Shown piece after piece: positions 25,601 to 39,900 of a stretch of 47,771 nt of DNA (within the stretch, counting starts at the first letter, position 1; the number at the start of each line of letters is the position of its first letter). The DNA lies in assembly GCA_013265495.1 (NCBI GenBank), contig MU057656.1:62001-109771 (forward strand), given 5' to 3'. Source of the DNA: Vicugna vicugna. Taxonomy: Eukaryota. The notes beneath the pieces are model-generated. The model saw only the letters and a program-made list of their open reading frames with translations, made no database searches and was not told the origin of the DNA. The position numbers and the translations under genes were made by a program.

Positions 25601-26090
25601 TATGATGCTTTGTATTTCTTTGATATAAGCTGTAACTTCTCTTTTAGAACTTATAAATCTGTACTCTCTTTTCTGCTCATGTGTCTGGTTAAAGATTATC
25701 AACATTATTTATTTTTGATTTGAAATGAAAAGCCATTATTTAGTTTGATAAAATGTTTCTGTTTTTAATCTTTATTTAATTATGTTCTGACCTCTCAGCT
25801 GTCTTTCCTTCTATTAACAAGTTTGTTTATTATTTTGCTACAACTTTTGTTTGTAAGAATATGTTGTAAGAGAGACATGTTTCTTATTTGTATAAGTGGG
25901 ATTATTTTGCTATAAGCATCCCTATTAATACTGGTTTTGTTAAACCCCATGGATTTTGTTTTTGTTGTCATTTTTCTTTATATATTTTTCTTTGATTTAT
26001 ACAGCAATCCAGATGTTGTTAATATTGTACGATTTATACTCCACACTTTAGAATTTTTCTCATGTTTTTTCTTTTAGTAAATTTCTACTC
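22660..26090 (-). mobile_element. Old L1 (L1MA-like 3'UTR plus ORF2 remnant with internal deletion)
   Basis: 3' end acattgtgtaagttaaggtgcaca...; minus ORF 23839..24075 (HCWSEWKNVLPLWK); RT and upstream ORF2 remnants to ~26090. Confidence 0.85.
23516..23670. repeat. Compound (TG)/(TA) low-complexity tract with three TATATACTGCA units
   Basis: Seen directly in the sequence. Confidence 0.85.
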
Positions 26091-26099
26091 TCACAGAAT

Positions 26100-27740
26100 C
26101 CATATGTTTCATCTCAAAACAGGAGAAAATAATAAAATTTATGCAAAAATATGAAAGACCGAAATTTTCTAAAACTATTTTTAAAAATAAGCAAAGCTGT
26201 GGGTATTATCCTCCCTGAATTTATAACATAAAACATAGCTACAGTAATAAATACTTCAAAATATGGCACTTAAAGAATCACAAAGATCAATGGAAAAAAA
26301 TAAAGAGTCCTAAAATAAACCCACATATATTTGGTCAATTAGTCTACAATGAAGGATGCAAGAGTATACAATAGAAAAAAGGCAGTCTCTTCAAAAAGTA
26401 GATCTGAGAAAACTGGACAGTACATGTAAAAGGAAGATATAAGAGCACTTCTTTCCATAGTATACAACATAAGAAAAAATGGATTGATTTCCTAAATGTA
26501 AAGCCCGAAACTTTACAATTTCTGACAAAGAACAGGAGCAGAACTGACCTTGAGATAAATCATAGCAATGTTTATTTTTGATCTGTCTCCAAATTAAAAA
26601 AAGTGAAAAGGAACAATTACAGTTTTTAGTTTATGGAGAAAAAATAAAAGTACTATGCGATATAGGGACTCTACTTCTTGTATAATTGTGAAGTGCAAAA
26701 CCTTTTGCAGAGCAAAGAAACCTTAAACAAGAGATATGATAACACACAGAATAGAAGGAAAAATTTCAGATAATGAAACCAACAAGATGTTAATATCCAT
26801 ATTATATATATATATCATATTAGACTCAGTATTTAAAAAAACAAAACCCAACTTAAAAACAGTTGAAAGATCTTCATGGAAACTTTTCAAAATCAGACAT
26901 GTGGATGATTTTCATGCACATACAAAGAAACATAAAGTTGCTATTCATTAGGAAAACATAAATCAAAACCAGAATGAAATATAATCTCACAGCAACCAAA
27001 ATGGCTATTAACAAAATGTCTACAAATGACAAACATTAATAAGAATGTTGAGAAGATGGAACCAATGTACACTGTTGGTGGAAATATAAATTGATGCATT
27101 CACTAATATAAAAGTGTGGACAGTGCCCAGAAAACTAGAAATAGAAGCATTATATGTTGCAGCAATGCCAGTTTTCAGTATAAATCTGAAAAAAAATGAA
27201 AACATTTACTTAAAGTATATATTACCCCCAATGTTCTTAACATCATCATTTATAGTAGCCAAGGAAAGAAGCACAACTCAACTGCCCATCAACTGATGAT
27301 TGGCTGAAGAAGTTGTCAGATATATATATCATAATAAATACTTAGTCATTGTTATATTAAAAAATAAAATACTGCCATTTGGAAAAATATGAATGGACCC
27401 AGATCCTTTTGCACATAGGAAAATAAATCATACTCAGAATAACAATTTACATTGTCATTTAAATGTGGAAAATAAAGATATAAGAGAAATAATCATAAAA
27501 AAACAGGTACAGAATGACATATATATGTGTAGTGTATCAAGAATTGTTTTCCTGTGGGGACGGGGAAGAAGGATGGAAAAGACAGAAATGTGCAAGCTAC
27601 TAGTAATAAGTTAGAGAATCTACAGGGCTATTTACAGCACAGAGAAATATTTTAATAATTTAATTGATTTTAAAGAGATTAGAGGGATATATTATATTAA
27701 AATTTGCATGTAGGTGGGAAAACATTAAAAAAATAAACCC
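26100..27740 (+). mobile_element. Old 5'-truncated L1 (ORF2 C-terminus and 3'UTR)
   Basis: aaataaacccacatatatttggtcaatt, ggcagtctcttcaa, acactgttggtggaaatataaattg; A-rich end at ~27730. Confidence 0.85.
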
Positions 27741-28664
27741 AGTAAAATCAAAATATATTGTAGTACTTTGATATTAAGAAAGGTGATTTATTCACTATCT
27801 TTACTGTTTTCATAATGTCCTTAGTAGAATTTAAGCTTTTAATTGAAAAAGTATATACTTTGAAAAGTGACATAAGTTTAAACAATTTTTGTCTCTCCCC
27901 TTATATCTACAGTCAATAAAATGTTCACATCTCAACAAAAATAAATACAACACAAAACAATACTCTTTAACGCATGTGAACAGGTAAAGTTTGGTGGACT
28001 AAAACACACAAAAGTGGCTGAACTGAGGGAAGAGAAGAGTTGGTGTCTGCAACCAAGGCCCCCTGATTAGGATACATGTGTCCTCAAGTTCAGAGAACCC
28101 AGTAGAAACAGGATCTCAGTGGTTCACACAGCTTCGTCCTCCAACTGCACCAGTACTCATGGTCAAATGTAACTAGGAGGGATCCACAATGGAGACAGAA
28201 TTTCCATCCTTCAGACAATCAGACATTCATGACACTGTCCCTAATTCCCATTCACAGTGGTGGAGACAAGTTACCTTGCAACACTGGAAATAGCAAAGGC
28301 ACTTGCCTGATTCCAAATACCCACCTGTCTTTACACCTTTCCCCAATGTGTACACTGAGTCTCAAGGGATATCACATAAAAGTAAGGGTTTACCGTTCCA
28401 GTGACAACAGTGGCATTTACTACCAGAGAAGTCTAAGAAGTGACAATGAAAGCACATCTTTTATCCAGACAGTAGCGACTGGAAAGTGCCATTTTGAAAT
28501 ATTATCAGAGGTAGCTCAGGTAAGTAAAACCAAAAATTCTGCAATATTGCAAACTACCAGAAAACAAAAGCAAGGACTCCAACTCCCAATCTGTTATTTA
28601 ACGTCATCAGAGCAATAATTTACCAAGATCATGACCAATCACAGTAACTTTATTGGGCACGCAA

Positions 28665-28741
28665 ACACACAGATACACAGACACAGTCACCGACACAGAC
28701 ACAGACACACATGCACATTCACCAGCCCAGACACACACACA
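28665..28741. repeat. Imperfect (CA)/(CACAGA) microsatellite
   Basis: Seen directly in the sequence. Confidence 0.8.
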
Positions 28742-29584
28742 ATGTCATCCATGCAGCAAACAAACTTAAAGTCATAGTATATTACCATATAAATAATAGA
28801 GAATCCAAATAAGTGTCATACAGAAACTCAATACAAAAAACAAAACTAAGAAAGCAGTTTAGTGAGCTCAGGAATAAATGAAATGATGATAAGGAAAACA
28901 TTACCAAAGAGACTGAAACTATAAAATTACCAAACATTATTGGAGGACCAATAGAACTTCATAAGTGAGATGAAGATTGCAAAAGAAAGCATTGGAAGTA
29001 GAGTGTCTTTGTGGAAGATAGATTAGCAAACTCACCAATACAAAACTAGAAATGATAGGAGAGGGGAGAGATGCAAGATATTAAAAAGTGAGGTAATTCT
29101 ACAGTAGCCATCAGACTTCCTTAGGAAGTGCACATTAGATTGGAATCCTGGAGGGAATAGAATGTTAGAAGGCAGCAGATGGTTTATATAAAGAAGTAAA
29201 ATTTGATAACTTTCTGAACCCGTGTAAGGAACTGTTATCCAAGTCCTTGAGCCCTAAAAACACCAATAACTTTAAGAAGAAGGGATCTCCTTCAAGATAC
29301 GTCATATGCAAATTGGCAAGTCAATGACAGAGTAATATTTTAAAGGCAGCCAAAAATAGTTATGATAATCTACAAAGGAACCCCCATTAGGCTATCAGCA
29401 GATTTCTGAGCAGAAAACACAGGCCACAGGTAAATAAAATTACATTTCAAACAACTGAAATAAGAAATCACTCAACCAATATTACTTACACAGTTATCAC
29501 TTAGATACAAAATGAAACTAAATATTTTACCAGTAAAACAAACATGAATGTGATAAAAAAAAAACCGAGACACCTTATAAGAGG

Positions 29585-29760
29585 NNNNNNNNNNNNNNNN
29601 NNNNNNNNNNNNNNNNNNNNNNNNNNNNNNNNNNNNNNNNNNNNNNNNNNNNNNNNNNNNNNNNNNNNNNNNNNNNNNNNNNNNNNNNNNNNNNNNNNNN
29701 NNNNNNNNNNNNNNNNNNNNNNNNNNNNNNNNNNNNNNNNNNNNNNNNNNNNNNNNNNNN
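29585..29760. other. Assembly gap (N run)
   Basis: N characters. Confidence 0.99.
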
Positions 29761-29891
29761 AATTCAAACTCATGTTCACAACAGTAAAAGAAATAATTTA
29801 AAACAGTAATCATAAAAGTTAAAGAGTAAAAATAAAACAATATTAAAGGAAGCTTCTATCAGTGTAAAAAGGACTAAATTATACATGAGGT

Positions 29892-30221
29892 ATTTTATTT
29901 TTAATTGAAGTACAGAAGATGTACTTTATTGTGTAGTTTCAGATGTACAGCATAGTTATCTAATCACTTTATAGATTATATTGCATTATGAATTATTACA
30001 ATAATTTTAACATAAAATTATTTTAAGCTATTGTGTATAATTCCATGATCTATATTGATTATCATTGTTGCTTCTCTCCTTTATGTATACTACTTCCTAT
30101 CTGTCAATATTCTTCCATTAAAATCTCTTTCCCTTCCATTTTGGTAAACATAAATTCTTTCGCATATCTTTGAGTTTGCTAAAGTCTTGTCTATCTAATC
30201 TCTTTCCCTCTCCAACATGTC

Positions 30222-30279
<58 letters not shown>

Positions 30280-33200
30280 ATGTATTATCCTTCTATCTAT
30301 TTATCTGTCATCTATCAATAGATAGCTATAGATAGATGTACACAGATATTTGTTATTCTTTAGATTCCACATGTAAATTGTATTATATACATTTGTCTTT
30401 GTCTAAGTTACTTCATTAAGCACATTATTTACTAGGTCCATTCAGGATGATGAAATAGCAATTTGTTCTACATTTCCAAGGCTGAGTATTATTCCATTGC
30501 ATATTTATAGAAACATCATATCTTCTTAAATCCATAGTCTACTGTGGACTCTTGGAATGCTTCCCTGTCTTGCATATTATAAACAGTGGTGTTGTGAACA
30601 TTGGTTCCACTCAATTTAGGATTTTCTTCCAGATGTTTCCTAGGAGAGGTATTACTGGGTCATATGGTAGTTAACTTTTTAGTGTTTAAACAAATCTGAA
30701 TAGTGTTTTCCGAAGAAGTTGTAGCAATTTATATTACTACCTAGAGTATACAAGAGATTTCTTACCTCCACATCTCCTCCAACACTTACTATTTGTAGTC
30801 TTTTTGATAATAGCCATTTCACCAGTTTGAAGTGATAATTCATTGTGGTTTTGATTTGCAATTACCTAATAATTAGTAATGTTGAGCAATTTTATCACTT
30901 GCCTGTTACTCATTTGTATGTTTTCTTTGGAAAAATATTGACTCAGGTACTCTGCTCTTGTTTTTTATTGGGTTTTTGTTTTTCACCTTGAATTGTGTAA
31001 CCTAAATCCATGTTACATCTACTAACCTACATCTATTAAACCCTGGTCACTTGCATTGACTTGCATTGTAATATGTTCTCCAATTACACAGGTAGAGTTT
31101 TCATTTCACTGATTCTGTCCTAAGCTGTGCAGAAATTTTCAGGTTTATTTAGGTCACACTTGCTTATTTTTGCTTTTGTTTCTTTTGCCTAAGGAGACTG
31201 ATATAAGAAAATATTCCTATGATATATATGCAATAGGTTATCACCTAAATTCCCTTCTAGCTGTTTTATAGTATCAGGTATTACATTTAGGTCCTTAATA
31301 CTCTTGGAGTTTATTTTTGTATATGATGTCAGGAAATGCACTCATTTCACTGTTTTACATGTAGTTGTCGAGCTTTCCCTACACCATCCTTTGATGTGAC
31401 TGTGTTTTTTCCATCGTGCACTCTTGCTTCTTTTATCAAAGATTCATTGCTCATAGGTGTGTGGAAATATTTCTAGGCTCTCTATCTGTTTTTATTGATT
31501 ATATCTCTGTGCCAATGCCATACTACTTTTATTACTGAAGGTTTGCAGTATAGTAAGGTATCTGGGTGGATTATACCTCCAGATTTGTTGTTTTTTCTCA
31601 AGATCATTTTGGCAATTTTTAATGGTTTCATGTAAAACATAGAGTTACTTATTTTCTGGTTCTGTGGAAAATACTACAGCTTCGTAACAGGAATTTCCCT
31701 ACATCTGTAGGTTTATTTGTGTAGTAAGGCCATGTTAACAATATTGACTCTTTCAATCCAAGAGCACAATACATTTTTCCATTTCTTTGAATCATTTTTA
31801 ATTTCTTTCTCAATGTTTTATAATTTTCAGTATTTTGATCTTTCACATATGTGGTTACATTTATTCCAAGATATTCGGGGGATTGGGGTTTTAAATATTA
31901 TTGCTTTCAACGTCCATTTTATGGTATCTCATAATTAATGTGTAGAAATACAAGAGACTTCTTTACAGTAATCTTGTACCTTGCTCCCTTGATGAAATTA
32001 TTTTTTGTTCATTATAGTCAGTGTGGAGCCCTTAGGATGCTGTTGGTAGATTGTTATGCCATCAATACTGGTGACAATTTTGCCTTTTTCTTTCCATTTT
32101 GCATTTCTTTTTCTCCTTTTTCTTTTCCTTTTCCTTTTCTTTTCTTCTATTACTATTGAACAGAATTGGTGACAGTAGGAATCTTTGTCTTGTTCACGAA
32201 TTTACCCAGATGGATTTCACCCTTTCCCCTGAGTATTATAAATTGTTATAAATGGCCTTTAGTATGTTGAGAGATGTTCCCACTGTAGTCACTTTTATGA
32301 GAATTCTGATGATGAATCTATGTTGAATTTTGTCAAATGCTTATACTTTGTGTATTGACATGTTCTTGTGAATTTGTCCTTCCTTTATTAGATATGTGTT
32401 ATGCTGCTTGAGTTGTGTATGTTGAACCATCCCTGTGACTTTGGAAGGAATCCAACTGATGATCATGTATAATCCTTTCTATGTATTGCTGGATTCTTTT
32501 GTTGAGGATTTTTGAGGATTTTTGAATGTATGTCATCATTCATCAAGGATATTGGATTTTCATTTTCTTTTTTTTTTTTGGTAGTGCTTTTGACTAGTTT
32601 TTTTATCAGGGTAATGGTGGCCTCAAAGAATAACTTTGGGAATTTTCCTTCCTCCTTCATTTTTTAAAATAGTTGGGGGAAAGAGGTTTTAGTGAAGGCA
32701 TCCACACATTTTGTTAAAGGGGTGTTTTTAAAATTATACATTTTACTTAACTTATATTGATTGCTCTTTTCATGTTCTCAGTTTTCACTTTATTCAGTGT
32801 TGGAGGGCTGTACGTTTCTAGAAATGTGTCCATTTCTTTTAGGTCTTCCATTTGGTTGTCACATAACAGCTCATAGTGCTTCCATAATCTTTTTTTGTTT
32901 TTCTGTAATATCAGATATTATTTCTACTCTTTCATTTCTTATTTTGTTTGGGTGCACTCTCTGTATTTCTTGATAAGTCTGGCTAAATGCTTACCTGTTT
33001 GTTAATATTTTTTTAAAAAATTAAAGCTTTTGATTTTATGATTTGTAATTTATTTTTCAATTATTATTTTATTTATTTTCAAAATAATCATTAAAATTTT
33101 TTCTTCTACTGTCTTTGGGTTTTGTTTGTTGTTATTTCTTGTTATTTTGGGTGGTATGTTTGGTCCTTTCTATGAGGTTTTTTTGTTCCTTGTAGAAGTA

Positions 33201-33965
33201 CTAATTTGTTTTCAACTTCCCTCTTAGATTTGTCTTTGCTGCATCCCATACATTTAATGAAGCTGTGTTTTCATTGTAATTTGTCTCCAGGTATGATTTT
33301 ATTACCTCTTTCATTTCATCATTGACCTTGTTTTATTTTTTTTTTTAACGGATGTTGTTTGACCTCATGTTTGTGCTTTTCCTACTCTTCTTTCTAAAGT
33401 TCATGCACAGTCTGTTAATTTTGCGTATGGAAAAATACTTGCTGTAATCTATATTTGCTTAAAGTTCCTGAGGTTCATTTCATGACATAATTTGTGGTTA
33501 ATTCCTTAGATAACATCCTGTGCACACTTGAAATATTTATGTCTTCTGCTTTTCTGATGCAGTGTCCAAAAGCTCAGTTAGTTTCAAATGATCTAATTTG
33601 CTATTAAAATCTCTGTTTCCTTACAGATATACTTTCTGAATGATCTGGCTATCAGAATAGTGAGGTGTTAAACTCATCTACAATTATTGCTTTATAATGA
33701 ATTAATTCTTTCATGTCCACTAAAATTTAATTTTATACTTATGATCTATGGTGGTGTTACCATATGCAGTTTAATGAGTGTAATACCCTATTTTAATATT
33801 AATCTCTTTTTCTTTATATAATATCATATTTTTTCATTTTGGCCCCTTTTTTAAATGTACTTTGTATGAGTTGAGCATTGCAATCTGCACTTTGTTTTCA
33901 TTTCCATGGGATATCTTTTCCATTTATTTCCAGAATATGTACATCTTCCACCAAAAACTGAGAGT
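29892..33965 (-). mobile_element. Old L1 (3'UTR and ORF2 remnant up to the endonuclease region)
   Basis: 3' end ttttaattgaagtacag...; minus ORFs [39 protein letters not shown]. Confidence 0.88.
30222..30277. repeat. Perfect (TCTA)14 tetranucleotide microsatellite
   Basis: 14 uninterrupted TCTA units counted, inside an L1 3'UTR. Confidence 0.95.
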
Positions 33966-33969
33966 TTTT

Positions 33970-36900
33970 GAGGGGTGAGGCAAAGTTGGTGGAGTAGAGA
34001 GATGCTCATAGCTCACCCTATCCCACAAATTCACCAAGACTCACATCAACAGACCCACTCAGCTAACCAGAGAACTTGCAGGTCTCTGTCAGATCATTGT
34101 CCTCTTCAATAGATAAAGATGTGTAAAATCTGGTAGGAGAAAAAGAAGAAAGAAAGAAGAAAAGGCAAAACAGAGTGGGACAGGTCAGACAGGGAGGGAG
34201 CAGCATAGAAGGGCTGGTGCTCAATCACTGTGTCTCCCCTCTCCAACTGAGAGATTGGTAGGACAGTGTGGGAGCCTCCAAGGCTTGGACATGTACATAG
34301 TATAAGTTGACTGACATAACTAAATTAAACAGGCAGAGGATCCCTGTGACACTCAGCCAAAGATGTAGCCCAGAAGCTGAGGGCAGAGCCATGCTGCCTG
34401 ACCAGGGTGGTAGATGGGGATGGCTGCACTGTGGCGGCCCAGGGGAATGGAATTGGCTTTGTGTCATGGCTGTGGGTGCACAGGGCAGAACAATCTGGGT
34501 CCTCCATAAAACAACAGGGCAGATTTTCCCTGTGGGTGGAAGGGTGCTTTCTCCATGTCTGAAATTCCACAAAATTTTGTAGGTGAAGAGAGCTGGGGAT
34601 CAGACACATCCTACATACCCTCTGGTGCTTTACACCCAGGTGGCATTGGGAGCAATACCTGCATCTACACCTAAGGACTTAGCAGCCTCAGGGGCCAGAC
34701 AGAGACTTGTCTACAGATGAGGCATATAGGATACTTCTGTTCGGTTCCTCAGAGAACTTGTTTGACAAGACAAACAAGGAGCTGGATTTTGGGCCAGACC
34801 AGGGACAGGGCTGTTACTCAGTCTTCCCTGAGCACACTTCTGGTGTGCAAACCTGAGGCAGAGCATACATAGAGTGGCACAGAGCAGCAGAGTGATTGGC
34901 AATTTGAGAGGGTGGGTGGCCCCTCAAATTTCGGCAGGAATACAGCCCCTGACCATGGTGCTGGAGAGGGCATGATGCCCAATCCTGACTGGTCAGTCTG
35001 CAACATCTGACTGCAGCATTGGGCAGGGCATTGACAAGCCAGCCCAGAGTAAAGAGAGCTTCATCAGACCCAGTGTTGGGTGTAGGAGTGATCTGCTTGC
35101 CAACATGCCGTGGGAGCAGCACAGATGAGGACTCCAATGGAGGGCCTCTGGAAACAACAAGCTGAGCTTCCAAATCAGGATGAATAAAGAAAGACTTCAC
35201 ATTAAATGTTCAGTTTCCAGGAGGACACTGAACACCCCCTTGTATTAACCTATTTTTACCTCTTCCATTTTCTATTACCCTCTTTATTTTTACTTCTTAT
35301 TGAATTATATATACCCCCATTTAAATCCATTTGAAATTTTTAAAATATTTTTATTATTATTTTTGAAAACTCTGCTTCAACTTCCTTTTCTATTACTCAT
35401 TATATAATGTCTTCAAACGTCTATTTCTCCCTTCTTTAAAATTCTTTATCTCTCTCTCTCTTTTTTCTCTTTTCTAAGTTGTATTACTACATAGGCATTA
35501 GATAGATAAACTCATTTAGGACCACAGTAAATAACTGATACTCCAAAAACCACATTGCCAGAGAAGTAGAAGTAAGGCAAAGGAGCAGAGAAAGCATTCC
35601 CAATTAAAAGAACAGGAGAAATCCCCTGAAAGAATGATCAGTGTAATAGACACCGATATCCAAATAGATTAAGATTTCAAAAATGGAGTGATCAAAGTAC
35701 TGAAGGAAATAAAATAAACAGTGTTTAGAGATACAAATATGTCAAAAATGAAACTGAAGCTATAAAGAAGAGACGAGTAGAATAGGTAAACTCATTGACT
35801 GACATGAGGAATGATTTAAAGGTGTAGCAAAGCTGACTAGATAATGCAGAGGAATGAATTAGTGACTTACGAGACTGGACAATAGAAAGAACCAAGTCAG
35901 AAGACCTGCAAGATAAACAATGAGCAACAAATTAAAAAAGCATAAGGGAACTATGGGATAATAGATATCATGACATTCTTGGAATGAGAGATGTCCCAGA
36001 AGGTGAAGAATGATCAAAGGGGATTGCAAAGTTTTTGTAGAAATCATGACTGAGACCTTCCCAAACTTAAAGATGGAATCAGATATCCAAGTACAGGATG
36101 CTCACAGTGACCCAAACAGGAAGAAAACAAATACACACACACCAAGACATATAATTAAGATGGCAAGAGTCAAGGATAAAGAAATGATCCTAAAGACAGC
36201 AAGAGAATAATAAAGTGTGAGTTACAAGGGAACCCCCATAAGCCTAACAGCTGATTTCTCTACACAAATACTACAGTCCAGAAGGGAGAGACAATATATA
36301 TTCAAAGTCCTGAATGAAAAAAATTATATACTGTAGGATACTTTGACCAGAAATGCTATTCTTTTTGGTAGAAATAAAGGATTTCACAGAGAAGAAAAAG
36401 CTTCAAGAGTTAGCAACACTAGACCCATGCTAAAAGAATTATTGAAATGTCTTCTCTAAAAAGAAAAGCAGCAGGATGCTACAGACATGTGAAACTCACA
36501 GCTGCAAAGGTGATATCTCATGAATTACAAATAAAATAAACACAAAATTGTAAAATAAGACATACCAATCTTTGAGAGTCAGAGAGGGAGGCAGGAAAAT
36601 AGAGAATTTTTTTTTTTTGGTTTTTCATTTGAAAAATTTTTGTTCTTGGTAGGATGGGTTTGAGATCATGTTACTATCAGTTTAATAAAAGCAGTTATAG
36701 TAATGGTCTAATGGACTTATAAAAAAGGGTAAGAAGACAAAAACTTATCATGGAGTCACTAAACCTAAATAAAATTCATGATAATACAAAGGAAAATGAC
36801 CAAACCATAAAAGGAAGATGCAAGGAACAAAGAGGAAATACCAAATCAACTGCAAAGATAAGGTGAAATTGGAAATAAACCCAAGCCTATCATCAATTAT

Positions 36901-39900
36901 TGTAAATGTTAATGGACTAAATGCTCCAGTCGAAAGTCATAGAGTGGCATGCTGGATAATAAAGCAAGAACCTTCAATATGCTGCATACAAGAGACCCAC
37001 TTCAGAGAGAATGACACATATAAATTGAGAGCGAAAGGATGGAAAAGGGTATTCCATACAATTGGAAAAGCGAAAAAAAAGGTGTTGCATTACTGATTTC
37101 AGACAAAATACTCTTTAAAACAAGGGCCATAAAGAAAGATACAGAAGGACATTTTATAATGATTGAAGGAGTGATACATTATGAAGATAGCACCCCACTT
37201 GTTAATACATATTCACCAAATACAGGTGCACCTAAGTACATAAAATAATTACTAACAGATATAAAGGGTGAGTCACATTTGTAGACTTCAACACTGCTTT
37301 AACATCAATGAACAGAACATCGAGACAGAAAATAACAGAAAAATTAAATAATACAATAGAAATTTTAAACTTGGTGGATATTTTCAAAACATTGCAACCC
37401 CCAAAATACGATATACATTCTTTTCAAGTGCACATGGAACATTTTCCAGGATTCATGATGTACTTGGACACAAAAGAAACCTCAGCAATTTTAAGAAGAT
37501 AGAAATTACCTCAAGCAACTTTACTGACGACAATGCCATGAAGCTAAAAATCAACAAAAGGGAAACAAAGGAGAACAAAGGAAAACATGGGGATTAAACA
37601 ATATGTTATTTAAAAACCAATGGGTCAATGAACAAATCAAAGCTGAAATAAAAAAGTACTTTGAGACAACAGAAAATGAAAGGAAAACCACACAAAATTT
37701 ATGGGACGTGGCAAAAGTAGTTCTGAGAGGGGAATTTATAGCGATAAAGGCCTTCCTCAAAAAGAAAAAAAACCACAAATGAACAATTTATCCCACCAGC
37801 AGAATGAAGTAGAAAAAGAAGACCAAAAATACCCAAAATACAGCAGAAGGAAGGAAACCATCAATATTGGGGGGAAATAAAAAAAATAGAGATTAAAATG
37901 AGTATAGGAAAAAAGTCAACCAATCCAAAAACTGATTTGCAAAAAAGTAACTAAAATAGAGAAACCTCTGGCCAAACTCAAAAAGAAGAAAAGAGAGAGA
38001 GCACAAATTAGCAAAATAAGAAAAGAGAATGGAGAAATTACAACAAAAAAATAGAAATACAGAATATCAAATGACAATATTATGAAGACTATATGGAACC
38101 AAACTGTATAACATAGAAGAGATGGACAAGTTTCTGGAAACATACTGTCCACCAAGAATGAATCAAGATGAAACTGACCCCTTGAAAAAACAGAGCACTA
38201 GAAATGAAATCAAAATAGCAATATAAAACCTCCCTACATATGAAAGTCCAGGACCGGATGGATTCACTGAGGAATTCTACCAAGCAATCAAAGAATTCAT
38301 ACTAGTCCTTCTCAAACTCTTCCAGAAGATTGAAAAGGAAGGAATACTCCCAAAGACACTGTATGAAGCCACAATCACCCTGATACCACAACCAGGCAAA
38401 GACACTACCAAAACAGAGGATTATAGGCCAATATCACTGATGAACACAGATGCCAAAATCCTCACCAAAATAGTAGCAAATACAATCCAACAACACAGAA
38501 AAAAGATTATATATCATGACCAATTGGGGATCATGCCAGGGACACAGGGGTGGCTCAACTTATGTAAATCACTCAATGTATTGCAGCACATCAAAAAGAG
38601 GAAAGACCGAAACAACATGACAATCTCAATAGATGCAGGGAAAGCATTTGATGAAATTCAACATTCACGAATGATAAAAATTCTCACCAAAGTGGGCATA
38701 CAGGGAACATATCTCAGCATCATGAAAGTTATAGATAACAAACCTACAGCCAGCATAATACTCAAAGGCGAGAAAGTCAAATTCATCCTACTAAAATCTG
38801 GGAGAGTAAAAGGATGCACACTATCATGACTCCTACTCAAGATAGTCTTGGAAGTCCTAGCCACAGCAATCAAACAAGAGAGAGGAGAAAAAGTGATGCA
38901 AATTGGAAAGGAAGATATAAAATTTAAACTATATGCAGATAATATGTTACTATTTATAGAAAACCCTACAAGATTCAGAATGAATTTACTACAGCTGATC
39001 ACAGAATTCAGCATGGTAGCAGGTTACAAGATTAAGGTACAAATATCAGTGGTAATTCTTAACGCTAAAGATTCAGATAATAATATAGATATACAGTCAA
39101 CATGACAGCACTGTATTGGTAGAGAAACATACATATAGGCCAATGGCACAGAATACAGAGCCCAGAAATGAACCCACAAATTTTGGTCAATTAGTCTTNN
39201 NNNNNNNNNNNNNNNNNNNNNNNNNNNNNNNNNNNNNNNNNNNNNNNNNNNNNNNNNNNNNNNNNNNNNNNNNNNNNNNNNNNNNNNNNNNNNNNNNNNN
39301 NNNNNNNNNNNNNNNNNNNNNNNNNNNNNNNNNNNNNNNNNNNNNNNNNNNNNNNNNNNNNNNNNNNNNNNNNNNNNNNNNNNNNNNNNNNNNNNNNNNN
39401 NNNNNNNNNNNNNNNNNNNNNNNNNNNNNNNNNNNNNNNNNNNNNNNNNNNNNNNNNNNNNNNNNNNNNNNNNNNNNNNNNNNNNNNNNNNNNNNNNNNN
39501 NNNNNNNNNNNNNNNNNNNNNNNNNNNNNNNNNNNNNNNNNNNNNNNNNNNNNNNNNNNNNNNNNNNNNNNNNNNNNNNNNNNNNNNNNNNNNNNNNNNN
39601 NNNNNNNNNNNNNNNNNNNNNNNNNNNNNNNNNNNNNNNNNNNNNNNNNNNNNNNNNNNNNNNNNNNNNNNNNNNNNNNNNNNNNNNNNNNNNNNNNNNN
39701 NNNNNNNNNNNNNNNNNNNNNNNNNNNNNNNNNNNNNNNNNNNNNNNNNNNNNCAAATCAAAACTGCAATGAGGTATCACCTCACAACAGTCAGAATGGA
39801 CATCATTTAAAAATCCACAAATGACAAATACTGGAGAGGCTCTGGAATAAAGGGAACCGTCCTTCACTGCTGGTGGCAATTTGGTGCAGCCACTGTGGAA

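Larger units (their letters stand above)
27980..29890 (+). mobile_element. Old L1 5' portion (5'UTR and ORF1 remnant), interrupted by an N gap
   Basis: ORF1 DNA motif ttaaaggcagcc...tacaaaggaacccccattaggctatcagcagattt (LKAA..YKGTPIRLSADF) at ~29340-29410. The 5' boundary is uncertain. Confidence 0.7.

Noticed and set aside
28229..28618. 129-aa ORF
   Set aside because: Lies in a probable old L1 5' region and has no recognisable protein similarity.
34225..35200. Several 60-128 aa ORFs, including antisense (ORF0-like) ones
   Set aside because: Expected in a GC-rich L1 5'UTR; the paralogous frame at 69..272 is truncated, so it is not conserved.
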